From assembly GCA_001724265.1 (NCBI GenBank), contig MEDY01000018.1, positions 62,001 through 126,000 of the forward strand: a DNA stretch of 64,000 nucleotides. Direction: 5' to 3'. The translations under genes and the position numbers were made by a program. The notes beneath the pieces are model-generated. The model made no database searches. It was not told the DNA's origin and saw only the letters and a program-made list of their open reading frames with translations. Each line of letters opens with the position of its first letter. The first letter of the stretch is position 1. Below, piece after piece: positions 1-11,451 of the stretch. Origin of the DNA: Rhizaria sp. SCN 62-66 (lineage: Eukaryota).

Positions 1-1782
1 CGACCTTGGCCATGACGTTCGAGATCACAGCGTCGCACAACTTCTCGCTCACAAGCGTGTTTTCCTCCAGCAACCGGTCCAGCGAGAGGTACCGGATGTA
101 GTACGCAATCGTCGCGGCTTGATCGCCCTTTCCGGTCAGCAGAGCGGCGTTGTAGCGGCTTGACTTTAGGGCAGCCGCAGTCACACCTAGACCCTCTATA
201 GCATGCAAATCAAAATCGACAAAGAATAGTAAAGATGAGAACAAAGTAGAGTTAACGCAGATTTGTTGATACATTCGATGATGTGTTGCAACCACGTACG
301 CGAGTTGACGTCGACGACCTCGTCCGCGAGGCGGCCGACGCTGCCGCGCCTGAGCGCCCCTACCCCGTTGCTCGTTTTGGTCGGACTGAGAAAGTTCTTA
401 TCCGCGCTCGCACTCGCGCTGGCAGCGGAAGCAGCAGCGGCAGCGCCCTTCTTGTTGGGAGGTGACATCGGCGTCGCAGCTCCAGCGGCGGCCGCCGCCG
501 CTGCGGATCCGCTAGGCGTTGCGCTGATCTGCATGGCGTCCTTGGTCTGGCGGTGCAGCGTGAGCCTGCGCTCGAAGATCTCGAGCCAGAACTGCGAGAT
601 GGCGCCGTGCAGCCGACACACCTCGGCCTTGTCCATGGGGAGCTTGTTCTTAATCTCGATTGCGAGGTTCTGGGTGAAGTCACGCTTGACGTCTTCGCAC
701 ACCTGCTGCTCAGGGTTAATGCTGAACGTGCGGTCAATCAGCAGGTGCATTTGCGGCGAGGACGAGGCCCACTGGCGGAACTGGAGCGACGACATGCGCA
801 ACTTCGGCCGCGGGCCAGAGAGCAATGAGCTAACACCCGCGCCAGCCCCGTCGCTCTTCTCATCGCTCTCGGTCGCGGTCTTGCTGTCGCCGTCCTTGCC
901 GCCCTTGCCGCCCTTGCCCTTCGCGCCGTTTTTGTCGTCTTTGCCGTCTTTTGCGCTGCCGTCTTTGCCCTTGGCGCCGGCGCCTGTAGCGGCCTGTTTC
1001 ACAGCGTCAGCCTCTTTGCGCGTGAGTGTGGCGGCGCGTTTCAGCAGCCGCGTCTCAGGGTCGTTGTTGTTGAGCGCGGCGGCGGCGTTCTCGTCGTTGT
1101 CGACGCTGAGCCCGAGTCCGACCGACGAGGACGAGGACGAAAACGACTGCGACTGCGAGACGTCCCCCCCGGCACCGCCGCCGCCGCTGCTGCTGTGGGC
1201 GCCGGCACTGGCGCCGGGCGCGGCAGAGGTGCCAGTGGTGTACACGACCGCGTCACCACTGCCGCCCGACGACGAGGATGACGATGATGACTGTGAGTCA
1301 CGGATAAAGAGAAACGCCTCATCGAGAAACGAGTCGACGTCGGTGGCGAGCTTTCCGCCCTGAGCAAGCGACTTGAAGTGGTCGGGATCCAGGTATTCAG
1401 ACAGCCGCTTGACGGAGCCGATGACTTTTTCGGCAAAACCGCGGAGCTCGTCTTCGTCGACGTAGTTGTCACCGTTGGAGTCGAGGATGCGGAAGAGCGC
1501 GTCAGCCTTCTTGTCCACCGTGCCCTGGGTCAGCAGCAGCACGCCGACCGAGAACTCGTTGAAGTCAATGCTGCCGGAGCCGTCAATGTCGAAGATCTCG
1601 AACAGAGTCTTGCCGAAAAGATCCTTGCTGGCCATCTTGGGAAATTGCTTCTCAATCGCTGACTTGGATAAGGTGCGCTCACCGCTCGAATTCTTGGTGG
1701 CGAGGGAGTCGAAGACCGTCTGCAGGTCCTCGAGGGTCATGTTACCCAGCTTGTCCTCCAGGACGGAGTTGCTCGCACCCAT
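1..1782 (-). CDS. N-myristoylated EF-hand calcium-binding protein (NCS/calcineurin-B-like N-terminus) with a long C-terminal extension; 3' partial. Exons 1782-300 and 195-<1
   Basis: Starts MGASNS (MGxxxS myristoylation motif). EF-hand loops DIDGSGSIDFNEF and DSNGDNYVDEDEL. The intron 299-196 (GTACGT...TAG) rejoins an open frame (QGLGVTAAALKSSRYNAALL...) that runs off the window edge. Confidence 0.8.
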
Positions 1783-2435
1783 GGTCGCTCAGCGTGGGGG
1801 ACTGCTGATGGCAAGCAGTGCGCGCGAAAGGCAGGGGAAGTGGTGGGAGAGAGCGCGCGGGTGTGACGGTGCGTTCAACTTAAAGACGCCAGAAAGTGTC
1901 TTTTGGTGAGGACTACAAAGGTACAAGCAGCAACACACAATAAATAATAGCACAGGTTAGCTAGGAAGTGACATTTTGTGATATGCGACTTGTGCTGGGA
2001 GACATGCAGCGAAGGATACGAAGTGGCAACGGAGGCGGAGTGGGATGGGTTGTTGGGTGCAGGAAATTCGAGATACCGCCACGAAGACCATCACTCTGCA
2101 AGTCAATAAATCAAAGACCGAAATGAAACTACACGTAAAATCTGAACATGCCAGTAACTTCTCCACTAACGTTTGAGAATGCCTTCATTTTGAACGTGCT
2201 AGAGTGCCAGTCTGGACGCGTGGCCGCTTGCTATCGGTTTGTGGTCGGTCTGGACCCCTCACTCGGAACTTCATGCCTCGCTTTGAACGGTCCTAAATAA
2301 TCGATAACCAACGCGGAACGCCTGCTTTCTAGAAACTTCGACAGTCAATACCTTTTAATTTATTTGCATCCCGCTCCAAAGCTGCGTGTATCGTCCTTCC
2401 CGGCCCCCGGTGCTGATAAATCCACGCCCTGCTCA

Positions 2436-3585
2436 ATGGCGACGTCCCTCCCTGCCTCCGCCCCTGCGGCGGGCTCCCCGGCCCCCGCGGCGTCCCCGCA
2501 CGCGCGTTGGGTCGATCTCTCTGCCGTGCCGTCTTCCGCCCGCTCCGCGCTGACCGCAAAGCCCCTGGGTGAGGACATGGTCGTCGTCTCGGAGCTCCGC
2601 AAGGAGTTCAGCCTGCCCGGTCGTGAGGAGCTTGTCCGTGCGCTGCGCGGCGTCAACCTGACCCCTGAGTCGGAGATCTTCCCCATCAAGCAGGGCGAGT
2701 TCGTCATGATCCGCGGCCCCTCCGGCGGCGGCAAGACGACGCTGCTCAACATCCTCGGCACCATTGACGAGCCCACCGGCGGCAAGGTCGAGATCTTCGG
2801 CGAAGAGATCACCAAGGACAGCACCGACGCGTACCTCGCCGACCTGCGTCTGCGCCGCATCGGATTCGTGTTCCAGACGTTTAACCTGCTTGCCACGATG
2901 TCGGCGTTCGAGAACGTCGAGCTCCCCATGGTCGTGCTGGGGAAGTTAAGCCGCGAGCAGGCCCGCCAGCGCGCGCTCGACCTGCTCACGGTCGTGGGGC
3001 TGCAAGACCGTGCACAGCACTTGCCCAGTGAGCTGTCGGGTGGCGAGCAGCAACGCGTGACGATTGCGCGCGCGCTGGCGAACTCGCCGCAGTTGCTGCT
3101 GTTGGATGAGCCCACTGGTGACTTGGATACCAGGAACACGATTGAGATCATGGACCTCCTCCTTAAGTACGTAACACGCTAACTCAAAAGATATATCCCT
3201 TTTACAACCTGCCATGAACTCGATTTTCTCAATATGATGTGACGTATGCTATTTTTCAGTTTTATGCAAAGCTTGAGCCTTCAGCTCTGATACGAACGCC
3301 GTGCTAAACCGTCACCTTCCTTCATCACAATGTGTCGTTGTTTTTGTTGTTTGTGTGTGTGTGCGTGCCCACTGCAGGATCAACCGTGAGCGCGGCACGA
3401 CGTGCATCATGGTGACGCACAACCCCGATCTCGAGTGCTACGCAGACCGCATTCTGTACGTCGAGGACGGCACGTTCAAGAAGCAGGCAATCAATTCGCA
3501 GCAGATGCGGCTTGACTTTGAGGCGTACATGGAACACATCGGTGACTCACACAACCAGACATTTACGCAGAAGTTCACCAACTAA
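2436..3585 (+). CDS. Stand-alone ABC ATPase of the LolD/MacB/FtsE type, ~312 aa. Exons 2436-3166 and 3378-3585
   Basis: Walker A GPSGGGKTT, Q-loop IGFVFQTFNLL, signature LSGGEQQRV, Walker B/D-loop LLLLDEPTGDLD. The H-loop MVTHN lies in exon 2 after a GTACGT...CAG intron. Ends TAA. No transmembrane domain. Confidence 0.9.
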
Positions 3586-4539
3586 GCGCCACAAAGCTCT
3601 CAATCTGACCTTTGAAGCAAGATTTGCTCTGTTATGTCGATCTATGCAGTGCGCAATTTGGTTTCTTGTGTGTTTACGTTCTGGTTCGTTTTTTGAGCTG
3701 CCTCGTCAGCACAATTGTTCTAAGCTGTCGCTTCTAACTCTCAGTCCTCCAGTTAATAAGAGCATTTGCTCTGATTCTGGCTGTTTGAGGAGTTGGCGTT
3801 GCTCTTGTAGCATATTCTTCAAGCACGTGTGGGTGTTTTACTCATGTTCTTTAGTCATATCGTATATCATTTTATTTTCGCAATTCGAAGCTGTGTTATA
3901 TAACAGCTTTGTCAAATACTCCAGTTTTTTTATTAATTCGACATTTTGATCTTAGTTTGTCGAAAGTACTCGTCACTGACTCACCTATAAACTGGGCTAA
4001 ATACAACGCACTGAATGCTCAATGTCGACTTGTATTTTGCCGACTTGTTAAAACGATCGATTTATCAGTATTTCCAATGATGAATTCTTTTGTCCATGTA
4101 CAAACATATTTACTGTGTTTTAATGTCACGCTTCTCTCACGCATTGGCGCTTTTGGCCGAGTTCATTGCCTTTTGCGGGATACAAGCGAACGAGCTGTTG
4201 TGTTATGCAAACTGCCTGCAATCGGAAAATGATATCCCCGCGCTGCACGAGCTCGCACAATCTGCACATTTTTACATCTACGTGTCGGTATTATCAAGTG
4301 AAAGAAGCAACATGTGATTGAGAAAGTGTTTTTAAACTGTAATTGGCCTTGTATCTTTCACGAAGAGACATAGTATACCGGTTTATATAATAATTACGAT
4401 TTTAAATAATCACGACGTGACCAGTGAGTAACAAACATGAAGAAGAAGCAAATCACTGTTGTCCCAACCAACTTTGTTACTCACAACCATTTGCTAATAA
4501 ATCACAGTGGGTTCACACAACTTTGTTCATTGACTAAAC

Positions 4540-7500
4540 TCACTCTTCAATGAGTTCGTAGTAGAGCATGTACGCCTTGGTGACGAGCAGCGGCGACAAA
4601 TCCCTCAGCGGTTGCACTTTGTCGTCGCTCACCATCACCCAGCCGCTGGGCACGGCCTGTGAGTTCGTGTACGGCTGCGGTCCCTCCTGCTCTTCGTTCA
4701 GCACCGCGGCGGCGGCGGCGGCGGCGTCTTTCTCGACGCGCTCCTTGTCGGTACCCGTGGCACTTGTGTTGGCGCGGGCGGACTCGGCGGCGAGTGGGAG
4801 CGCCGCGGCCGAGCTCTTACTCGCCGCCTCATCATTGCTCTTGCTGCTGCCGTCGCCCTCGCCCTCGTCGTCGTTGTTGTTGCTGTTGTTGCCGCTGCTG
4901 TTGCTGATGGCAGCGCTGGCCTTGGCGGCCGCCGCCTTGGCCTTCGCAGCGGACACGGCAGACAGCGACGCGCCGCCGTTAGCGCATCGCCACTGCCACG
5001 CCTCTGCGCACTTGTTAAATTGCGTCAGCGCCGTCGGGCGCGTCAGTCCGCCCGTGGCCTCGGTCACGGCCGTAGCGACCTGGGCTGCCACGCCGGCGCG
5101 CCTCAGACCGCGCTTCGCTGCTGCTGAGTCAGCAGCAGAACCCGCGGTACTCATGGCGCCCGTAATACCCGGGATACCCGGGATACCCGTGGAGTCCTTG
5201 TTGCTGCCCGAGTCCGCGGTCTGGACGTTGTTGGCATCGTGGAGTGCGGAAATGGGCATGGGCTCTGTATCGCGGCCGCGGCCGGCGGTTTCGCCTCCCC
5301 ACGACACGCCGTGGCGGCGGAAGGCGATGTAGTGGCCCTGCGACGCGGAGCCGAAGTGCGAGACGACCGAATGGAGGCGGTAGCGCAGGCCGCGGGGAGG
5401 GGCGGTGACGACGGGCAGCGGAACACCTGACCCGCCGGTACCAACGGCACCGCCGCTGTTTGCGGAGTTATTCAGCGCGACGATGCTGTTGGGCGCATTC
5501 GCGGCGTTGGCGGCCGCCGCCTTGCGCGCGCCGGAGGACACAATCGAGCTCATGTCGGCCTCGAGGGGGAAGTTGACGACGTGCTGCACCTTGGCGCCGC
5601 CGCCGTTGCCGAGCCGGTCGAGGTGAATCGCGAGCAGCGGCGGCAGGTAGACGAGCTCCGACCGGGCCTGGGTTTTTGCGCGGATCAGAAGCGGCATCAC
5701 CGGCGGCTGCGCATGCTCACGGGACGACGAGCTGGCGTCGTGCGACGGGATGCCGAAGTACCCGGGGCTCGCGGAGAGGTTCTCGGGGTTCAGGTCCTCG
5801 GGATCGACGGCGGAGGCGGAGTTGCGGGAAGACGCGGGACCGAAAAATCCGTTGAACCCATCATCTTCATCTTCGTCGTCGTCGTTGTCCTCGTCCTCGT
5901 TGGTGCCATTGCCCTTCTTGTTGACATGAACATAGCCATCGTCATCCTCGCCGTCGTTCCCGTCGTTGGCCTCGGTCGGGATGTCAATTATATCTTTTTT
6001 GCTCAGGGCTTTCGTCTCAGAAAGCGGCATCATCGCATTCTTGTTATCGCTGGTGTTTTTACCGCCGTCCTGCGCCGCATTGAGCGCGTTGAGCTTCTCG
6101 CGCGCCTCCGTCATCTCTCTTGCCGTCAGCAGCCGCATCATGTCCCCCGCCACGCCCGCCAACGCCAGCGCCTTGAGCCCAGCGACGCCGGCCTTCTCGG
6201 CGGCGGCCTGCGCGCGCGCGCTCGCGGCGGCGCCCGCGGCCGCGGCGGCGATCTCCGTCTCGACGTTAGCGGCCGCGTGGTTGCTAGGCTTAATCCCCGC
6301 CGCGGTGTCGGCGCTGATGCGCGCCGCGGCGGCCAGCGCGGCGCGGCGCGTCGCCAGCGCCGCCTCCTTCGCGGCGGCCGCGGCGGCCGCGCGCGCGGCG
6401 GCGGCCGTCAGCGCGCGGCGCAGGTCCTTGGCCTGCGCACGCAGCCGCGCCTCAAGCACGACGGCGCGCGCGAGCTCGGCGGGCAAGCGGCGCAGCAGCG
6501 GCAGGAACGCGCCGAGCGGAGCGCGCGCGATGACCGCGGCGCCGCCGGTGAGCACATTGGCCAGCGCGGGCGCCGACTGCAGCTGCAGCTCGCGGCGCTT
6601 GGCGGTGACCTTCTTGATCGATGCGAGGACCTCGGCGAGCGTGGCGGCGTCGGAACAGACGGCGCAGACGACCCCGTCGATGGTCTCGGTCGCGGCGTAC
6701 GCGGCGAAGCAGTCCGACAGCGTGACGGCCATGTTGGCCGCGAGCGGCGCGGGCGGCGGCGGCGCGGGCTGCCCCGAGGCCGCGGCGGCGGCGGCCAGGG
6801 AGGCCGCGCGGCGGTCCGCGGCCTCGGTCGGGGATGGGATCGGCAGTTTGAGCACGAAGAAGGGCTCCGGCACGGCCGCGTTGGGCGCGTGGCAGCGCTC
6901 GCAGGTGCGTGATGCGGCCTGCAGGCCGGTGAACGGGGACGGCACGGCGGACACGATGGCGGGGCGCTCGGTGGGGAACATGATCGACTTGGCACTGTGA
7001 TACTGCGAGTCATCGTCAGCATCACTCTTGCTCTCATCAGGCTTTTTCGGAACGCTAGCCTTGCCAGTGTTGTGAGAGCTCACGGTCTTGGTGTTGTCGC
7101 TGTTGCAGTACGCGGAGCGGAAGCCGTTGATGCGCTGCGCCGCGACCGCCGACGCCGAAGCCAGCGCGTCGATCAGTCGCCCAATAGCCTCCTCGGAGTC
7201 GTGTTCAGCGCCGTCACCAAAGTCGGGGAAGCATGAGACGAAAGCGCGGTGCGCCGCTTGGGCCTCCGCGACGGGTGGACCCATGGGGGCGGCAGCGGCC
7301 CGGGCGGGGGGTTTGCCGGGCACGCCGGGGCGGCTAGCGGCCGCGATGTTGGCACTAGGAACTGTCATGCGGTCTGCGAGCGCAACGAGAGCGTCGAGGA
7401 GCTAGAGCAGGCGCCACTGCGCGGGGCCGAAGCTCGCGCGCACGGCGGCCGCGGACCGGGGGGTGGCCGCGGAGCGGGAGGCGGAGCCCGTGAGAGAGGA

Positions 7501-8151
7501 GAAGGCGGCGGAGAACAGACCCAGCATCTTCGTGCCCACCGACGCGTTGGCGCTCGCATGCGCAGTGGAGGCGTCGCTTTCGTCATCGCCGTCGCCGCTG
7601 CCGGCGCCGTGGCGGACGGCGCGGGGGACGACGGGGTCCGGGCAGAGTGAATCGAGCCGCAACAGCTCGCGGGTCGCGCGGAGGTAGAGCTCGGCGCGCG
7701 GGAGAGCGAAGAGGCTTTGCAGCGTGCTGTTCCAGTAGCACGTGTTGCCCAGGTTGGGCAGGCCGGAGACGGTAACGGGCGCGCTGGGGGGCACGGCGGG
7801 GGCGGACACCTTCGCGCGGGACGCAGCGGGGGCGGCGAGGGGCTTCTTGGGCCCAGACGCAGAGGCGGAAGAGGCCTTTGCACCGACAGCGGTCTTGTCT
7901 GCGGCGGCAGCTTCAGCAGCAACCTGCGAGGGGATGCCAGTGCCTGCGGTAAGGCCGGTGGTGTGCTGCTTAACCGCAGCGACGAGGCGGCCAATCGCGC
8001 CGCTGTTGTAGAGCAGGACGAGCGCGGCACCCGACGCGAGGGCTGTGGTGCCGAGCACGGCCAAGGGGACGAGGCTCGAGGCGTCGAACGGGCGCTGCCG
8101 GCGGCGGCGGCCGTAGGACGCGGAGGAGTAATGGTCGTAGACGGGCGGCAT
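4540..8151 (-). CDS. Ubiquitin-specific protease (C19/USP) with an N-terminal hydrophobic anchor (USP30/Ubp16-like layout), ~1203 aa; one in-frame TAG at 7404-7402
   Basis: Cys box GLPNLGNTCYWNSTLQSL is in ORF 7402..8151. EHDSEE, CxxC pairs, His box YRLHSVVSHFGSASQGHYIAFRR, WVMVSDDKV and AYMLYYE are in ORF 4540..7368. The two ORFs share a frame and are separated only by TAG plus 11 sense codons. Ends TGA. Confidence 0.88.
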
Positions 8152-9610
8152 GGCGGACCGGCGCGCGCGCGTCTGGGGTTGGCGGCGTAGGACGCGGCAG
8201 AGAACGAGGAAGAGAGTTTAGAGTTGAGATCGGGATTGGGATGGCGGAAGTGTGAGAATTCTCGGTATACCAAACGTTAATAGCGCAGAAACTTTGTGGT
8301 AAAACATAGTAGTACATGATATATATGACCCTACAATAAGGGTCTTGTTGACGTTCGACACAAGGCTGTACAGAGATGCGTCAAGCATAGCTTCGTCGCG
8401 ATCGCACTCGGCCAGGTTCGAGCTCGGACCGAAAAATCCCGACCAGCCGAAGGCAGGCCGAACGGCAACAAACATGGTATCAGCATTTCAAGTTACTTAA
8501 CAAACGATGACAGCGTTAATATTTATTCTCAATAACTAATAATTTGTTTAGTATTGGGAAACATTCTTAATAGTCCAAGGGTCGCCATCACCATGTATAT
8601 AAATGCTGTTTAGTGAGAGAATTTCGATTGCGCTGTCACGATGTTAATGCAAGTGTAAGGAACGATAGCTGAGTAGACTGGCTATCGTCGCTTAATAGAT
8701 TGTGTATTGTTGAGTAAATTCAGTTGAAAATGCGTTTGAGATTATACTGCTGCAATCCGAGCAGGATCTGCTTTGTGGGCATCATGGGTGTGGAATCAGA
8801 GCTGTCAGTCTATAGTGATGCCTGGCAGATGATACCAGGAATGACTAGACAACTTGACTCAGAAATATCATATTGCACAGACACTAATCTGCATTACACT
8901 TAAACTAACATTGAGTTTGCGTTTCTATAACTTGGTGTACTCAAGGCAAATCACAAGAGCCTCTGAGGCGTAACAGACGTCAGTGTTAGTATATCGGAGA
9001 TATAACCAGAATGGAGAGTGTGAGATGAAATATAGCGTCCCAATACTACATATGCAATAGATTACGCGATATCCAAGTTCTAACATGTTTCGCCTGGGCT
9101 TGACCAAGAAATGTAAAGAACTAAAGTAAAATCTTGAGATTGACCACAAACCGTTTTTCTTTCACAATCGGCCCAGCACGCCTTCGGGTCATCAAAATCT
9201 TCAGCAGCATGTCCAATCGTAGAATGCCATTAGTGACTTGATGTCGTGATATAATTTGCCTTTTTCATACTATTGCATGGTTTACATCTTTCTGAAGTTG
9301 CTTTTATAGCGCACTACAAGTCTTCGGGATTCCGTATCATCGCCCTTTCGGTCAGAGATCAACAGTCTTCTTGTTCTTGTAATTTCTGTCCACTAACAAG
9401 TTTCAGTGCGAGCACCACTCACTCCACAACATATTCTCTCTGCTTTAATACTTGCACATGATGCATTTTCCCAGCTTTGTTTTATTCTCGCTGCAGTAAC
9501 GATCCTTGCCGTCTGACCTCTCCCCTCTCCAAACCCACACCTGACAGCAGGCTACTCCTTCTCCAGCCCCAGCCTCTCCGCTGCAGGTGCCCCCTTCTCT
9601 CTCGACCGCC

Positions 9611-10933
9611 ATGTCCTCCGCCCCCGACGCCACGGCGCCCCTGGTCCCGCCCTCTCTGATCGGCGCCGCCCGCCTCGCTTGCGGCGCCGCAGCGGGCGCG
9701 ATCACCAAGACCATTATCGCCCCTCTCGAGCGCATCAAGATCATCCACCAGACGCAGGGTATGCACCTCCACAACAGCTCTGTGGCGGCCTCCGCACACG
9801 GCGCCGCCAAGGCCGGTGTATCTAGTGCCAGTCCGAACCCCCTCGCAAGCGCTGCCCGCGCCGCCACCGCTGCGGCTCATGGTCACGCCGCCGCTGCCGC
9901 CGCCCACGGTCACCACGCTGCCGCCGCCGCCGCCGCGGCTGCTGTGCCGGGCCAGCACTACACAGGCATCTTCCAGACTCTGCGCCACATCTTGGAGAAA
10001 GAGGGCTGGCGCTCGCTGTGGAACGGCAACGGCGCCAACGTCGTCCGCGTCATCCCCAACTACGGGCTCCGGTTCAGCTTTAACGACCGCGCGCGAGAGC
10101 TCGTCGCGTCCTTCAAGAAGAGCAACGCCACCGGCTCCGTCGCGGGCACCGCGGGTTCATCAGCCGCTGTGAGTGTCGCCGCCAACGCCGTGCCGCATCT
10201 GAGCAAGTTCGACCTTTTCCTGGCCGGTTCACTCGCCGGCATCGGCCAGATCACCATCACCTACCCCGCCGAAGTCGTGTTCACGAGGCTCACTATCTCG
10301 GGCTCGGCCGTCGCCGGCGCTAAATACAGCGGCATCTTCGACTGCATCCGCAAGACGGTGCAACACGAAGGCCTGCGCGCGTTTTACAATGGATACAGCG
10401 CTACCTTGCTCTCGGGCGTGCCGTATGTCGCGCTGCAGATGAGCTGCTACGAGATCTTCCAGCGGTCACTCGCCGCGTTCGTCCGCAATAACACGAAGAA
10501 CAACAACAACAGCGCTGCGAGTGCGAGCGCCGCGAACAAGGAGGGCGAGCGCGAGGGCAAGACCGCCGGCGTAGCCAGCAAACACGCCAATGCCAATGCA
10601 ACAGCTAATTCTAACTCTGGCTCCGGCAGCGACCGCTCGGTGGTAGTCAAGCTCACCGCGGGCGCGTTTGCGGGGCTGGTCGCGCAGACGCTGACGTTCC
10701 CGGGCGACGTCATCCGCAAGCGCATGCAAAGCGACGGCATGGGCGGCAAGCCTAAGGTGTATAAGGGGCTCTGGGACGCTTGTGTCAAGATCACGCAACG
10801 TGAAGGGTTTAAGGGGTTCTTTGACGGTGTAAAGGTCAACTCGTGGCGCTGCTTGCCGGAGGGCGCGCTGATGTTTGTGATCTTTGATGGGCTGAAGCAG
10901 GGGCTGAAGATTGACCAGCATGACCAGCACTAA
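9611..10933 (+). CDS. Mitochondrial carrier (SLC25 family; CoA/adenine nucleotide carrier-like, SLC25A16/A42/Leu5 group), ~440 aa
   Basis: Three carrier repeats with Px[DE]xx[KR]-type motifs: APLERIKII, YPAEVVFTRL, FPGDVIRKRMQ. Also EGWRSLWNGNGANVVRVIP and EGLRAFYNG. Ends TAA. Confidence 0.9.
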   Translation: MSSAPDATAPLVPPSLIGAARLACGAAAGAITKTIIAPLERIKIIHQTQGMHLHNSSVAASAHGAAKAGVSSASPNPLASAARAATAAAHGHAAAAAAHGHHAAAAAAAAAVPGQHYTGIFQTLRHILEKEGWRSLWNGNGANVVRVIPNYGLRFSFNDRARELVASFKKSNATGSVAGTAGSSAAVSVAANAVPHLSKFDLFLAGSLAGIGQITITYPAEVVFTRLTISGSAVAGAKYSGIFDCIRKTVQHEGLRAFYNGYSATLLSGVPYVALQMSCYEIFQRSLAAFVRNNTKNNNNSAASASAANKEGEREGKTAGVASKHANANATANSNSGSGSDRSVVVKLTAGAFAGLVAQTLTFPGDVIRKRMQSDGMGGKPKVYKGLWDACVKITQREGFKGFFDGVKVNSWRCLPEGALMFVIFDGLKQGLKIDQHDQH

Positions 10934-11451
10934 GCAATGCACTGCGAACGCACAACTTGGAATGCGTGACTGAGTTGTTAGTGTTCAGAGAAACATATGT
11001 TTGGAGGGTAGATATTAAAGAGATTAACTTATTTAACTAACGGCAGGGTCTGGTGAATAATACATTATATTGCAGTTGTGTCTCTGTTTGCGTTCATCAT
11101 GTCTCGCGTAGCTCTGTTTATATGAAATTTTGCCGTTGCTGCTGCTGCTGTTGCGCGTTCCTCGCGATTCGCGATTCGTGGCTCAGTGGTGCGGCACCTT
11201 GAGGCCATCTTGTGAGGCGAATATCTCTCGATAGACTCGACATTATAGACTTGTACAAACTTAGTAGGTCATCACAGTCATGATAATTACATTTACGATT
11301 TTGATTTTCCTTGTATTGTCTGGCATCCTTGTAGGCACGCACCGGGACAGCGCCCGACTTCTCGTCGCTTCCCGCTCTTTGCATCTCTCAGCAAAAGCGT
11401 CAGCTTTCGTTCCCTCTCTCTCACACGTCTAGCCGGCGCGAGAGCGTGTGA

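Noticed and set aside
5118-5138. Palindromic (T)GCTGAGTCAGC(A) AP-1/MARE-like words, recurring near 13990, 14080, 17345, 49362 and 49455
   Set aside because: All lie inside exons and are explained by Ala-Asp/Glu-Ser-Ala codons in Ala-rich tracts.
11118-11384. 88-aa minus-strand ORF with poly-Gln
   Set aside because: It is short, has intergenic-like composition and no motif, and its Gln run is a simple CTG microsatellite just upstream of the F-box gene.
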